Positions 18,406 to 28,276 of a stretch of 64,000 bases of DNA are shown piece by piece. Position 1 is the stretch's first letter. Each line of letters begins with the position of its first letter. The stretch is taken from contig JABHEG010000146.1 in the NCBI GenBank assembly GCA_018676675.1, positions 1,207 to 65,206 on the forward strand, in the 5' to 3' direction. This DNA is from Lentisphaerota bacterium. Its GTDB lineage: Bacteria > Verrucomicrobiota > Lentisphaeria > Oligosphaerales > JABHEG01. The notes beneath the pieces are model-generated. The model was not told the origin of the DNA. It saw nothing but the letters and a program-made list of their open reading frames with translations, and made no database searches. The position numbers and the translations under genes are program-made.

Positions 18406-18458
18406 GTCTTTCACAACTCTGTTCGTGGCGTTGACGGGCCCGCGCCCGACCCCCGCAG

Positions 18459-18836
18459 TCATACCCGCAGTGTCTTGACATCATACCGCGGAACGATCTC
18501 GTCGTGCGTAGCGAGGACGAGATCCTCGACCCGGCTTTGCGCGATAAGTAAGCGGTCAAAAGGATCACGGTGAAGATCCGGAAGACGACCGACCTCCAGG
18601 GCGTGCTCCCAGGTGATCTGCAAGCGCTGGAACGGTTCCTCTGTGAGGCACTCCACCCACTCGTCAGGAATATCCAGCTTCCCCAAGCCCCTCTTGATGA
18701 CGATCTCCCAGACGCCCACCGTGCTCACGTATACCACATTGTCCGGGTCAGCAATGGTCTCCCTCGCAACAGGCGATAGCTGAGGCGCGTCTGCGAGCCA
18801 CCAGAGCAACACATGTGTGTCCAGGAGTAGTTTCAT
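18459..18836 (-). CDS. vapC: Type II TA toxin, VapC PIN-domain protein
   Basis: LLLDTHVLLWW, WEIVIK..LGKL and HRDPFDRLLIAQ. Confidence 0.93.
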   Translation of the reverse strand: MKLLLDTHVLLWWLADAPQLSPVARETIADPDNVVYVSTVGVWEIVIKRGLGKLDIPDEWVECLTEEPFQRLQITWEHALEVGRLPDLHRDPFDRLLIAQSRVEDLVLATHDEIVPRYDVKTLRV

Positions 18837-19072
18837 GACAGATCAGCTCCGAAAGCCGATGCGAATTCCGCAGGCAGATCGTCAAAATCTTCGGAAATGT
18901 GGATCTTCCCACGCAGCCGTCCCGGGCGGCGGGGGCGATGCTCTTCGCGGTACGGTGTAAGAATGGCCACCGGCTTGCCTGCCCGGCCGAGAATGACCTC
19001 CTCACCGTTGGCAACGCGATCAAGCAGCGCGGAGAGCTGGGTTTTGGCTTCAGTGACGGTGTTGATGACCAT
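18833..19072 (-). CDS. Phd/YefM family antitoxin
   Basis: EAKTQLSALLDRV..GEEVILGRAGKPVA...RRPG.LRG.I....DFD; ATGA overlap with vapC. Confidence 0.92.
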   Translation of the reverse strand: MVINTVTEAKTQLSALLDRVANGEEVILGRAGKPVAILTPYREEHRPRRPGRLRGKIHISEDFDDLPAEFASAFGADLS

Positions 19073-19139
19073 GCCTGCACTCCAAATGTGGCCCGCATAA
19101 AGTCCGACCTGGTCTGGTCTGGTTCGATACGCCTAAAGG

Positions 19140-19168
19140 AAGGTAGTTCTGTGCCCGGGCGGTGTCAA
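19140..19168 (-). promoter_or_regulatory. Putative sigma70 promoter of the phd-vapC operon
   Basis: Minus strand TTGACA-17bp-TACCTT; downstream ccagaccagaccaggtcgga repeats (about 19103-19122) are a possible operator. Confidence 0.5.
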
Positions 19169-19275
19169 ACGGACCCGCGGAGGTCCGCGGTCAACGCCTC
19201 CCGTTGCATCAACCTGACGCCAAGAGTATGGTCGGGGAAGCATCCCATCCGTGCTGTCTTTCACTGGAGGCCGCC

Positions 19276-21120
19276 ATGGCACCACTTTCACGTCGCGAGT
19301 TCTTGAGCGGCTCTCTTGCCGTAGCCCTTGCCCCGACTCTTCAAGCAACCCCGGGGAAGATCTACAGACAGGGGCAGGTCCCCAATGTGCTCATGATCGC
19401 GGTGGATGATCTGAATGACTGGATTGGGCCGCTTGCCGGGCATCCTCAGACCACGACGCCGAATCTGAACGCATTCGCAGAAAAGGCCATGGTCTTCGAG
19501 AACGCGTACTGTGCAGCTCCCGTGTGCAACCCTTCCCGAAGCGCTCTCATGACCGGCTACCGCCCCGGGCGATCCGGTGTCTACGGCAACCGCCATCTGT
19601 TCCGTACCTCGCCAGTTCTCAAGGACATCCAGACAATCCCCCAGTATTTCAACCAGTTTGGCTACTACACCACGTCCAAGGGGAAAATCTTCCACTCGGC
19701 TCAGGGCTTGTGGGGGGACACCGGCTCATGGGAGAAACACCACCGCCTGACCGGCAACAGCATGAATCGACATCCCGGCGCGACAGCGGACACGCTCAAC
19801 AACGGGCGCCCAAAGGTGAAGGGGGCCCTGAACAACATGGACTGGGGTGGGCTGGACCTGGAAGTGGAGGAGACGTCTGACTTCCAGACCGCACAGTGGG
19901 CCGTTGAGGAACTCAATCGGGAACACGATCGCCCGTTCTTCATCGGCTGTGGCATTTTCCGGCCGCACATGCCGTGGTTCGTGCCGCAGAAGTACTTCGA
20001 CCGGTTCCCGTTGGACACCATCAAGAACACACGGATCGATGAGGCGGATCTGGATGATGTCCCCGATGTCGCCAAGGGCATTTCCGGCGGTCTGAACGCA
20101 AGAAGCGATTACCAGATCCTTAAGAAGCACGGACTCATCGAAGGGGCAACGCGCGCTTACCTCGCCAATATCAGCTACGCCGACGACTGCATCGGCGAGG
20201 TGCTCCGGGGCCTCGAAAAGAGCCCGTATCGCGACAACACCATTGTGTTCCTCTGGGGTGACCACGGGTGGCATCTGGGCGAGAAGCTCCACTATCGGAA
20301 GATGACTCTCTGGGAAGAGGCCACGCGTGCGCCCCTGTACTGGCAGGTCCCAGGGATGACGAAGGCGGGCGCCCGTTGTAAGCGCCCGGTCGACTACATG
20401 TGCTTCTATCCCACGCTCATAGAGCTCTGCGGTCTCCCGAAGAAGCTTGACATCGACGGCCGAAGCATCGTTCCGTTGCTGGAGAATGCAGACACGCCGT
20501 GGCCACATGTGGCCGTCACGACCCGAGGCAAGGGGCAGCATGCCGTTCGCTCAGAGCGTTGGCGCTATATCCGCTACCAGGATGGTTCGGAGGAACTCTA
20601 CGATCACTCCAACGACGAATGGGAAGCGACCAATCTGGCGAAGGCCCCGGCCTACGGAAAGGTGATCGAGGAGCACCGTGGGCATCTCCCAACCGACGAT
20701 CGAGATCCCATCCGCCCCACTCACAAGAAGGGGCGGGGCGGCAAGGCGAAGGCTGTGCCAGGGGGAGGAGGAGTTGACGGTGCGCCTCAGCAAGCGATCC
20801 GGGAGCGGCAGATAGCCGCGAAGGGCAAACCCGGGCGCGGGTGTGAGTACCTGCCCGATCTCCCCACCGGGCTTTACCACAACAAAGGCACCACGTTTGC
20901 CCTCACGCCGCCTTACAGTCCCAAGGTAGACGCATACACGTTCCTGTACCCCAACCCCAACGTGCGCTGGGGATTCAACGACCGGAACCTGATGAAGGTG
21001 GCCATCAACGGCAAGGCCGGGAACGAGATCTCGTTCCCCAATCCCGGCACCATCACGTTTGAACTGGAGTATCAGGACGGCACAAAGCGTACAATCGCTG
21101 TCGATCAGAAGCGGCCGTAG
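19276..21120 (+). CDS. Tat-exported Cys-type (S1) sulfatase, iduronate/choline-sulfatase-like, with an extra C-terminal domain
   Basis: SRREFL; IAVDDLND; CNPSR; GKIFH; RPHMPW; GDHGWHLGEK; GGAGG RBS. Confidence 0.92.
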   Translation: MAPLSRREFLSGSLAVALAPTLQATPGKIYRQGQVPNVLMIAVDDLNDWIGPLAGHPQTTTPNLNAFAEKAMVFENAYCAAPVCNPSRSALMTGYRPGRSGVYGNRHLFRTSPVLKDIQTIPQYFNQFGYYTTSKGKIFHSAQGLWGDTGSWEKHHRLTGNSMNRHPGATADTLNNGRPKVKGALNNMDWGGLDLEVEETSDFQTAQWAVEELNREHDRPFFIGCGIFRPHMPWFVPQKYFDRFPLDTIKNTRIDEADLDDVPDVAKGISGGLNARSDYQILKKHGLIEGATRAYLANISYADDCIGEVLRGLEKSPYRDNTIVFLWGDHGWHLGEKLHYRKMTLWEEATRAPLYWQVPGMTKAGARCKRPVDYMCFYPTLIELCGLPKKLDIDGRSIVPLLENADTPWPHVAVTTRGKGQHAVRSERWRYIRYQDGSEELYDHSNDEWEATNLAKAPAYGKVIEEHRGHLPTDDRDPIRPTHKKGRGGKAKAVPGGGGVDGAPQQAIRERQIAAKGKPGRGCEYLPDLPTGLYHNKGTTFALTPPYSPKVDAYTFLYPNPNVRWGFNDRNLMKVAINGKAGNEISFPNPGTITFELEYQDGTKRTIAVDQKRP

Positions 21121-21182
21121 ACGTGAGAGCAGCACAGCGGTCTCGCAGTAACGACGTGAAACAAGAGCAGGAAAGGACATCC

Positions 21183-23198
21183 ATGGCACTCGCGACACGG
21201 CAATCATTTGGTGTGGCCGTCTGCCTGGGGCTTATCATATCGATGCAGGCAACCCCGACTGAAGCCAAGCCACTGAGCCTCCGGAATCAGCATCTGGAGG
21301 TAAGCCTGGACGTGCCGTCGGGACTGCTGGCCGCTACCGATCTCCGCACGGGAACGCGGTGGCGGCAGCATGTCCCAATCCAGTCGGCCCAAGGGCGAAA
21401 CTGGGGCCAAGTCAAGACTCACAAGGTCGCTCCGGGAAGCCTGATTCGGTTTACCGATGCCACGATCGATGGCTCACGGATCCTGGCGAAAGCGCTCTGG
21501 CGTGAACACCCGTTTACCGTCGTCTTTGAGCTCGTCCCCGAGGAACCTGCCCTCACCGTCACGGTTGATACGCTGAATCGGGACGACCCCCTGCCATGGA
21601 AGCCAAGCTGGCCGGGGGTCATGCTCATGACCTACCCTTACGCCTTCCACAACGACCAGGCCGGGCCGGATGCCGTCGTGCCAATCGATGAAGGCGTCAT
21701 CTACTCAACGCGGGAAACGGATCCACAGGCCGACCCGAAGCGCTGGAAGCTCTGGTGGCTGCACAAGAAACTGAGCATGCCATGGTGGGGCGTCACGGAT
21801 GGTCAACAAGGCGTGATGACACAAATCGAAGATCCCTTCGACTGCATGTTCTCAATCCAGTGGGTGCGCACCCCGCACGGTCAGCGGACGCTCCCACAGG
21901 TTACCTGGATCGGAGCGAAGGGGGCTCTTGCCTACCAACGTCGAGTGACCTTCCGTTTCGTCTCGGAAGGCGGGTATGTCGCCATGGCCAAGGCATTTCG
22001 GGCTTTCGAGCAAGCCCGGGGCGCCTTCCGCTCCTGGGATGAAAAGGTCCGGGCGAACCCCGCGGTCGCTCGACTCAGAGGCGCGCTCGATGTGTGGCAC
22101 CAGCGCGAGCTCACCGCGGACCTGATCACGTGCATGAAAGACGCCGGCATACGGCGGGCCATCGTTGCCAAACCCCGCGGCGGGGACGCTCCCGCTACGC
22201 AGGGAATCGAGCCGGAGGCTATCTCCGCCGCGGTCGAGGCAGGTTACCTGGTCGGGGCGTACCACAATGACAGCTGGATTCAGGGGCGCTGGATTGCCCG
22301 GGACCCAGCGCTCAAGGACGCCGCGGTACTTCCGGCCGACGGGAAGCCGGCGTACATCGGTAACGCCTGGGATGCCAAAGGGCGCCTGGATCGGTGCCCG
22401 GGAGCCCACACGGATGTCCTCCGTAGGAAGAGCCGCGAGGCCCGTGAGGCCGGGCTCAATTACTTCTTTACCGACTGCACAACGACAGGCGGCGCGATCC
22501 ACGAGTGCTACCACCCGGGACACCCTGCGCGGCGTAGAGATGGCGCCGGCCAGCTGAGCGCCGCACTCCGGGCCGCCTCGGACCAAGGCGTCGTGGTCGG
22601 TTCCGAACGGGGGAAGTGGTGGGCAACAGCGACAACCCACGTTTTCGAAGGAATCGGGACGCTCATCGACTATGGCGGCCCCTACTACGGGAAAGGCGAT
22701 GCGACTCACTGGGCAGGGCCTTACCTCACGAAGAGCCCCGGCTATTCCGAGCTGTTTCTCGGATACGATCTGAACCCCGTCCGGCGAGTCCCGCTGTTCC
22801 AACTCGTCTACCACGATTCCGTCTATTGCACACGGCGCTGGAACCAGGATCCGGGCCGTGCCCCGGACTCTTGGGACCGCCATGACCTGATGAACATCCT
22901 CTACGGCACGTCTTCGTTGATCTTCATGCACCCCAAAGCAGGCAACGTCATTGGGACGCCCGACTGGGAGAAGGTCAGGGGGCGTTACCTGCAGACGTAC
23001 CGCAATGTCTGCGGTTGGCATGAGAAGATCGGGTTCGATGAAATGACCAGCCATCGCTTCCTGTCACCTGACCGCCTGGTGCAAGAGACCCGCTTCTCCT
23101 CCGGCCCGGGCGTGGTCGTGAACTTCGGCGGGAGCGCCTGGGAAGACCCACGGGGGTTCACTATCGCCGCGCAAGACTATCGCATTGTGGAGCCGTAG
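21183..23198 (+). CDS. Secreted glycoside hydrolase-like protein (GH101/GH129/DUF5696-like)
   Basis: GGYVAMAKAFR, FTDCTT...ECY.P.HP, VGSE.G, VPLFQLVYHD and EMTSHRFL..D.LVQETRFS.G..VVVNF; signal peptide. Confidence 0.68.
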   Translation: MALATRQSFGVAVCLGLIISMQATPTEAKPLSLRNQHLEVSLDVPSGLLAATDLRTGTRWRQHVPIQSAQGRNWGQVKTHKVAPGSLIRFTDATIDGSRILAKALWREHPFTVVFELVPEEPALTVTVDTLNRDDPLPWKPSWPGVMLMTYPYAFHNDQAGPDAVVPIDEGVIYSTRETDPQADPKRWKLWWLHKKLSMPWWGVTDGQQGVMTQIEDPFDCMFSIQWVRTPHGQRTLPQVTWIGAKGALAYQRRVTFRFVSEGGYVAMAKAFRAFEQARGAFRSWDEKVRANPAVARLRGALDVWHQRELTADLITCMKDAGIRRAIVAKPRGGDAPATQGIEPEAISAAVEAGYLVGAYHNDSWIQGRWIARDPALKDAAVLPADGKPAYIGNAWDAKGRLDRCPGAHTDVLRRKSREAREAGLNYFFTDCTTTGGAIHECYHPGHPARRRDGAGQLSAALRAASDQGVVVGSERGKWWATATTHVFEGIGTLIDYGGPYYGKGDATHWAGPYLTKSPGYSELFLGYDLNPVRRVPLFQLVYHDSVYCTRRWNQDPGRAPDSWDRHDLMNILYGTSSLIFMHPKAGNVIGTPDWEKVRGRYLQTYRNVCGWHEKIGFDEMTSHRFLSPDRLVQETRFSSGPGVVVNFGGSAWEDPRGFTIAAQDYRIVEP

Positions 23199-23239
23199 TA
23201 TCCCTACCGCACAGCCCGAGCAAACAGAGAGAACAGCCG

Positions 23240-25078
23240 ATGATGGATAATGGGCCGGTTACGGGTGAGAAGGGTGGTCATGTGCCCAAAACAGCTGCGG
23301 ACCCGGCGCCTTGGGCGGCGCTCCGCCGATGGAGACACCAATGGACCGCACTGGCAGTCCTGGCGCTGATGCCCCAGATCCTCTGTGCGATCACCGTTGA
23401 CGTCACGGATTTCGGGGCCGTCGGGGACGGGGTGACTGACAACACGGCTGCATTTCAGAAGGCGCTGGCCCGAGTCGGGCAGCCGGGTGGCGGAATGGTC
23501 CTGGTGCCGAGCGGGCGTTTCCGCATCACGGGGACCCTCAAACTCGGCGAAGGCGTGACCCTCAAAGGCACGTACGACGCGCCCCCTACTGCCCATCGAA
23601 CGGATCCCCAACGTCTCCTCGGGTCAGTGCTTCTAGCCTATGCCGGCCGGGGCGAGCCTCAGTCTCAGCCCTTCATTGAACTGGCCGGCACGACCGCGAC
23701 ATTGAAGGGGATTATCATCGCCTATCCGGAATGGCGTCGAGAGGACGTGCCGCCGGTGCCCTATCCGCCGACGGTCGCTGCGGGACGCAAAGACAACGTT
23801 GCCGTGGTTGACTGTCTCCTGCTGAACTCCTACGAGGGGATCAACTTCGACGGCACGGGCCGCTTCCTGATCCGCAACGTGTACGGCTATCCCAGCCGTC
23901 GGGGAATCTACGTCAACCGTTGTATGGATATCGGCCGCATCGAGAATGTCCATTTCTGGCCCTTCGCTGTTCCCTACCGGCCCGACGATCCCTACAGCCG
24001 CTGGATCAACCTGAATGGGGTGGCCTTTGACTTCGCCAAGACGGACTGGCAGGTGGTCTCCGGGAGCTTCTGTTTCGGGTACGGGATCGGCTACCGCTTC
24101 GGCAGGTCGGACGATGGCGTCTTCTGCGGAAAACTGGTGGCATCCAGCGCCGACAGTTGCCAGACACCGATCAAGGTAGAAGAGAACAGCCACATTCTGA
24201 TCAGCGAGGGAGAGTTCGTCGGCCGTTGGGGCAGCAGCGATGCTGTCTGCGTGGACATCGGGGAGAAATCAAAGGGGAAGGTGAGCCTGATGAATTGCGC
24301 ATTCTGGGGACCGATTCACCACGTGGTGCATAGCCGGGCCGTCAACGGGTCCTTCAGCATGATCGGGTGCGACATCCGCAACTGGAACGAGGAAGCGGGA
24401 GCGATCTGGATCGAAGGCGGCAAAGCAATCATCCAGGCTAACACGTTCACCAAACCCGGGCTGAACATTCGCATTGGCGCCGGGGTCACGTCCGCCATCA
24501 TCACCGCGAACCAGGCCGACCCCGGTTTGCGGGTCGAGAATGAGGCCGGTGGTCGGGCCATTATCAGCAACAACCAGGCGGATCCGTTCCGCTGGCCTGA
24601 CGATGATGCTCGGCGCTGCTTCCGGGTCGACATCGGGAGCCCAGGGGACTATCGCTACGTGTCGGGCTGGAACGGCTGCGAGAAGGCGTTGGAGTGGGCA
24701 GGGGGCGGCACGAAGCGCTGGAGCAAGGGAACGTCGCGTCTCACGATCCCGCTCATCCCAGGCACTGTCCACCATGTGGCCCTCGATGTCCACGTGCCCG
24801 GGCAGGCGTTGATGGAAGGGGCAGGCGTGTATCTGGGCGACACCTGCCTGGTCCCGATTGCTGTCGCGGGATCGCGACAGCTTCAGGGGACGATTCCTGC
24901 CTCAACTGCGGACTCCGCAGTCCTTGAACTGCGCTGTCGTGGCTGGCACCCGAACGCCCTCCCGGGGAGTAAGAGTCGTGACCGGCGCGAACTGGGGATA
25001 GCCGTCCGCGAGGTCCGTGTTCGGGCGGCAGGTGTGCCGGAGACACAGGAACCGTTCAACGCCTGCACGGGGCAGTGA
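23240..25078 (+). CDS. Secreted right-handed beta-helix protein (pectate_lyase_3/GH28-related) with a C-terminal beta-sandwich
   Basis: VTDFGAVGDGVTDNTAAFQKAL...GGGMVLVPSG; DIGRIENVHFWP. Alternative GTG start at 23282. Confidence 0.82.
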   Translation: MMDNGPVTGEKGGHVPKTAADPAPWAALRRWRHQWTALAVLALMPQILCAITVDVTDFGAVGDGVTDNTAAFQKALARVGQPGGGMVLVPSGRFRITGTLKLGEGVTLKGTYDAPPTAHRTDPQRLLGSVLLAYAGRGEPQSQPFIELAGTTATLKGIIIAYPEWRREDVPPVPYPPTVAAGRKDNVAVVDCLLLNSYEGINFDGTGRFLIRNVYGYPSRRGIYVNRCMDIGRIENVHFWPFAVPYRPDDPYSRWINLNGVAFDFAKTDWQVVSGSFCFGYGIGYRFGRSDDGVFCGKLVASSADSCQTPIKVEENSHILISEGEFVGRWGSSDAVCVDIGEKSKGKVSLMNCAFWGPIHHVVHSRAVNGSFSMIGCDIRNWNEEAGAIWIEGGKAIIQANTFTKPGLNIRIGAGVTSAIITANQADPGLRVENEAGGRAIISNNQADPFRWPDDDARRCFRVDIGSPGDYRYVSGWNGCEKALEWAGGGTKRWSKGTSRLTIPLIPGTVHHVALDVHVPGQALMEGAGVYLGDTCLVPIAVAGSRQLQGTIPASTADSAVLELRCRGWHPNALPGSKSRDRRELGIAVREVRVRAAGVPETQEPFNACTGQ

Positions 25079-25096
25079 CGCACGCTGTCTGTATTC

Positions 25097-25125
25097 AGCA
25101 ACGTAGGCCTTGTTGGAGTTGCGTT
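25097..25125 (+). repeat. Left 29-bp direct repeat (GTAG repeat family)
   Basis: agcaacgtaggccttgttggagttgcgtt; 27/29 identical to 25395-25423. Confidence 0.88.
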
Positions 25126-25394
25126 GGGGCTGTCCCAGAAATGGGCACAGCCTGCTGTTTTTCGCCCCAACGGGGCCGATTCATCGTAGCCCAGGGCAAT
25201 GGCCCTGGGGATAGACGAAGCAGTGGTATGTGCCCTGTCGGGGCACTTCAACAGATTGGTGTTCAATGAGTTGAAGCGCACTTCCAGCGCGCGTGAATGT
25301 GCTGCTTTCTTCCCCAGGCCGGTGGCCTGGGCTACGTTGCAGATGCCCTTTCAGGGCTCAAGGCCATGGCTTGTTCCACTTCTGGGGCAGCCCC
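25126..25394. mobile_element. 269-bp non-coding MITE-like element with about 27-bp terminal inverted repeats and an internal REP doublet
   Basis: Left end ggggctgtcccagaaatgggcacagcc; the right end reverse-complements to ggggctgccccagaagtggaacaagcc. The element directly abuts the 29-bp direct repeats on both sides. Confidence 0.7.
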
Positions 25395-25423
25395 AGCAAT
25401 GTAGGCCTTGCTGGAGTTGCGTT
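25395..25423 (+). repeat. Right 29-bp direct repeat (GTAG repeat family)
   Basis: agcaatgtaggccttgctggagttgcgtt. Confidence 0.88.
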
Positions 25424-25481
25424 CTTCCAGCGCTGAATCACGCCGCCCCCGGCTCCAGTCTTACTGCCATTCGGACCTGTC

Positions 25482-28007
25482 CTACTCCCTCCAGGCCGAC
25501 AGCTCGAAGACGACCTCCTTCTCCTGGCCCGGTTCCGGAAACAGGACACGGAACCGGTCAATGGTGGTGGGGCTGAAACAAGCGGTCGTTGTCGCGGACG
25601 GGTAATGATGGTGACAGGGCGGATCATCCGGCACGGCCTCGGCCGGTAGGGTGCGCCACTGTCCATCAGCTTGAATCTGGATCTGGAAGGCCACGCCGGG
25701 CGTCACAATCGCTCGGACACGACTGACCTCCGTCTGCTTGCTCGCCCGCACCTCGACCCAGCGCCCGGGGCTCCGGAAGTCCTTACCCGACCATCCCGCG
25801 ATTCTGGCCTTCGAGTACTTGTTCCCCACGACCCATTGGGTGCCGGGGTAGCCGTCAATCATGCGGTACCAGACTTTCCGGGCAGCTTTCTCGGGATCCG
25901 GGAAACCCCACGACGCATGGAGGCGCGCACCATCACGATACGTGAAGACTGACGGATTGGCAGACCAGAACTCACTCTCGACCCGCTTCACTTCAGCCCG
26001 GACCGCTGACAGCGTGGGCAGGGCGGCCATTTTCGGCTCCAACGAGGTGACGTAGATGTGAGTTTCGAGCGGTTCGAAGGTCTCGTGAAAGCGGCCATCC
26101 GTGACCCGGATGTCCCGATCTTCCGAAATGACATGCAGTTGCCGATCGGCCAACTTGGGAATGACCAGTTGGGTGTCGACCCCGTCCAGACCGGCGTTTG
26201 CAGCCACCACCAGCCAGTCTGTTCCGCGTTTCCACGCGACAATATGAACGCTATTGCTTGCACAGGTGGGGGCCGGATCCGCTGTGCGTTCGGTCAGCCA
26301 CGGCAGCAACACGACTGTCTCGTGGACGTGGTGTTCGAACCCTCGCCAGAACCAGGGGAACGCGTTGCGGAGATAGAATCCCTGGGTCTGAAAACTGTAG
26401 TAGAAGAGGCCACGCGCACCCAACGCAACAGCCAGCCACGGCATCGTGCGAATCTCATCGAAGGTCGGAGGCCGGCGGAAGCCATGCGCACGCTTCTCAA
26501 GCGTCGTCGTGAAGTGCGTCTCGTAGTTGAACGCTTGCGGGATGAACCAGAGACCTGAGCTCGCGGCCTGGGCTGCGGCACCATCGCGCATATCGCGAAT
26601 CAGCCCAGCCATTGGCCCGGGTATCGGGTAGTTGTCCACCATCATGGCATCTGAAACGCGGTAGTAGGACGTCTGGAAACTGTTGTTGCAGCCGACGGCA
26701 AGGTGGTAGGGATCCGCCTTGCGGACCAGATCGCACAGGGACAGGAGTTTGGCGCGGGGGCAGTCACCGGGGTTGGGCTCATCGAATAGATAGTAGCCGA
26801 GGAGCGCGGGGGAATCCTTCAGGCGGTCGATGTAGGCGACGGCGGGTGCGGGCTCCAGCTCGGGATCGTGGTAGATGTGCTGTCTGCGCTTCGTCTTCCC
26901 TTTCATTCGCGGCACGACAAGCAACCCCGCCTTTTCTGCGGCATTCATGTAGGCATCGTTGACCGGCGCGTAGCTGTGCGCCGCATTGAAGCCCATCTTC
27001 TTGAGAAGGGCGAACTGGCTGGTGGGCGACGAGTACATGCCGAAGGGGAAGAACGGCTTCCCATCCACGAGGGTCACTCCATCGTCCCTCAGTGTGATTT
27101 CACGACCGCCCGGCGGATACTGCTTCACCTTAGACGCTTTCTCCCAGAGCACCTTGCCACCCCGCATTGCCGCCATCTTCAGCGTGACCGACTCGTCGTC
27201 TTCCATCTCAGGTTTGGTGAACGAGACCTCACCGCCGTCGGCGAGGTCCTCACCCGTCAGTTCCTTTGAGTCAATCACTGTGCCATCCGCTCTCTCCAAG
27301 GAGAATCGGGCCGTTCCCGCTCCGACGTCCTCAGCCGTCGTCCGACACTCCCATCGTGCGGAGATGTGATCCTCCGGCTTTGTGTGGAAGAAGCCCTGAT
27401 GGAATGAAGGTGAAGTGAGGAACCACTCCACGGAACGGGGATCGGAGAGCTCAAACGTGTGGAGTCTCAGGTTATCCATGTGAATGACGGCAGGATGGGG
27501 TGGCCGGGTGAGGACGAGTGTCACGCTCTGGACGGCGTCAAGACGCAGACCGCCCTCGGCTGCAAGCCAGAGAGGCAGCCTGATGGTGGACCATTTTCCG
27601 GGTGCAACGCTTCGGGGGCCGACCCAGCGCCCGTCCGGCTCTGAGGTCAACACCATCTTGACCAGCACGTCATCGTCGCTTTCGACGTGGAGGTCAATCA
27701 GTAATTCTGCAGCGTTCCGCCAGTCGCGGGGCGCCTCGAGGGCTGGGAGTTCAATGCCGCAACTGGGCCATTGCGCGGCGCCTTCCTCGTATCGCTCGAA
27801 AACCATGCGGAGTGACCGCGTTCCCCGGGAAGTCAGCTCAGTGGAGACAGAACACTTCGCCCCACCTCCTGTGCTGACCGCGGAGCCCTGAAACGTCTTC
27901 TCGAAGTCAGCGACTTGCTTTGCCTGTCCGGCTGCGTGCCCGGCTGGGATGATGAGGGTACAGACGGCGATCAGAGCAGACACCCACAGCACGCCAAGAT
28001 GTTCCAT
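25482..28007 (-). CDS. Secreted unclassified GH-A-like TIM-barrel protein with N- and C-terminal CBM-like domains
   Basis: DGKPFFPFGMY, GFN, LLGYYLFDEP, DNYPI, WFIPQAF and GARGLFYY; signal peptide; GGAG RBS before ATG 28007. Confidence 0.7.
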   Translation of the reverse strand: MEHLGVLWVSALIAVCTLIIPAGHAAGQAKQVADFEKTFQGSAVSTGGGAKCSVSTELTSRGTRSLRMVFERYEEGAAQWPSCGIELPALEAPRDWRNAAELLIDLHVESDDDVLVKMVLTSEPDGRWVGPRSVAPGKWSTIRLPLWLAAEGGLRLDAVQSVTLVLTRPPHPAVIHMDNLRLHTFELSDPRSVEWFLTSPSFHQGFFHTKPEDHISARWECRTTAEDVGAGTARFSLERADGTVIDSKELTGEDLADGGEVSFTKPEMEDDESVTLKMAAMRGGKVLWEKASKVKQYPPGGREITLRDDGVTLVDGKPFFPFGMYSSPTSQFALLKKMGFNAAHSYAPVNDAYMNAAEKAGLLVVPRMKGKTKRRQHIYHDPELEPAPAVAYIDRLKDSPALLGYYLFDEPNPGDCPRAKLLSLCDLVRKADPYHLAVGCNNSFQTSYYRVSDAMMVDNYPIPGPMAGLIRDMRDGAAAQAASSGLWFIPQAFNYETHFTTTLEKRAHGFRRPPTFDEIRTMPWLAVALGARGLFYYSFQTQGFYLRNAFPWFWRGFEHHVHETVVLLPWLTERTADPAPTCASNSVHIVAWKRGTDWLVVAANAGLDGVDTQLVIPKLADRQLHVISEDRDIRVTDGRFHETFEPLETHIYVTSLEPKMAALPTLSAVRAEVKRVESEFWSANPSVFTYRDGARLHASWGFPDPEKAARKVWYRMIDGYPGTQWVVGNKYSKARIAGWSGKDFRSPGRWVEVRASKQTEVSRVRAIVTPGVAFQIQIQADGQWRTLPAEAVPDDPPCHHHYPSATTTACFSPTTIDRFRVLFPEPGQEKEVVFELSAWRE

Positions 28008-28276
28008 GGTACGGGCTCCCGGTTCTGGATATGACAAGAAGGGCCTGGGATTCGTCAATGCCATCTCGCTCACCCACGGCACAGCCGAGCTTGCGAGACG
28101 GGCGGAGCCAACGCCGTGGGGGTCGTCTCACGGCTTAAGTCAACGCCATTCACCATTAGGCCATGGCCTCTTTTGCCCTTAACTTAGTGCTGTTCGGTGC
28201 TGGCGCGTGGAGTTTCCGGGAAACGGTGTCGCCCCGACTGCCGGCAGACAGCTCGGAGTTAAGGAGTAGAACTCAT

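Noticed and set aside
21852-23054. 400-aa minus-strand ORF
   Set aside because: Antisense shadow of the GH-like gene.
25440-25470. Possible decayed inverted partner of the GTAG repeat
   Set aside because: Only a short cttact match; not distinguishable from chance.
25199-25576. ORFs across the MITE-like element as a transposase remnant
   Set aside because: No DDE or HUH motifs; the frames run through palindromic non-coding sequence.
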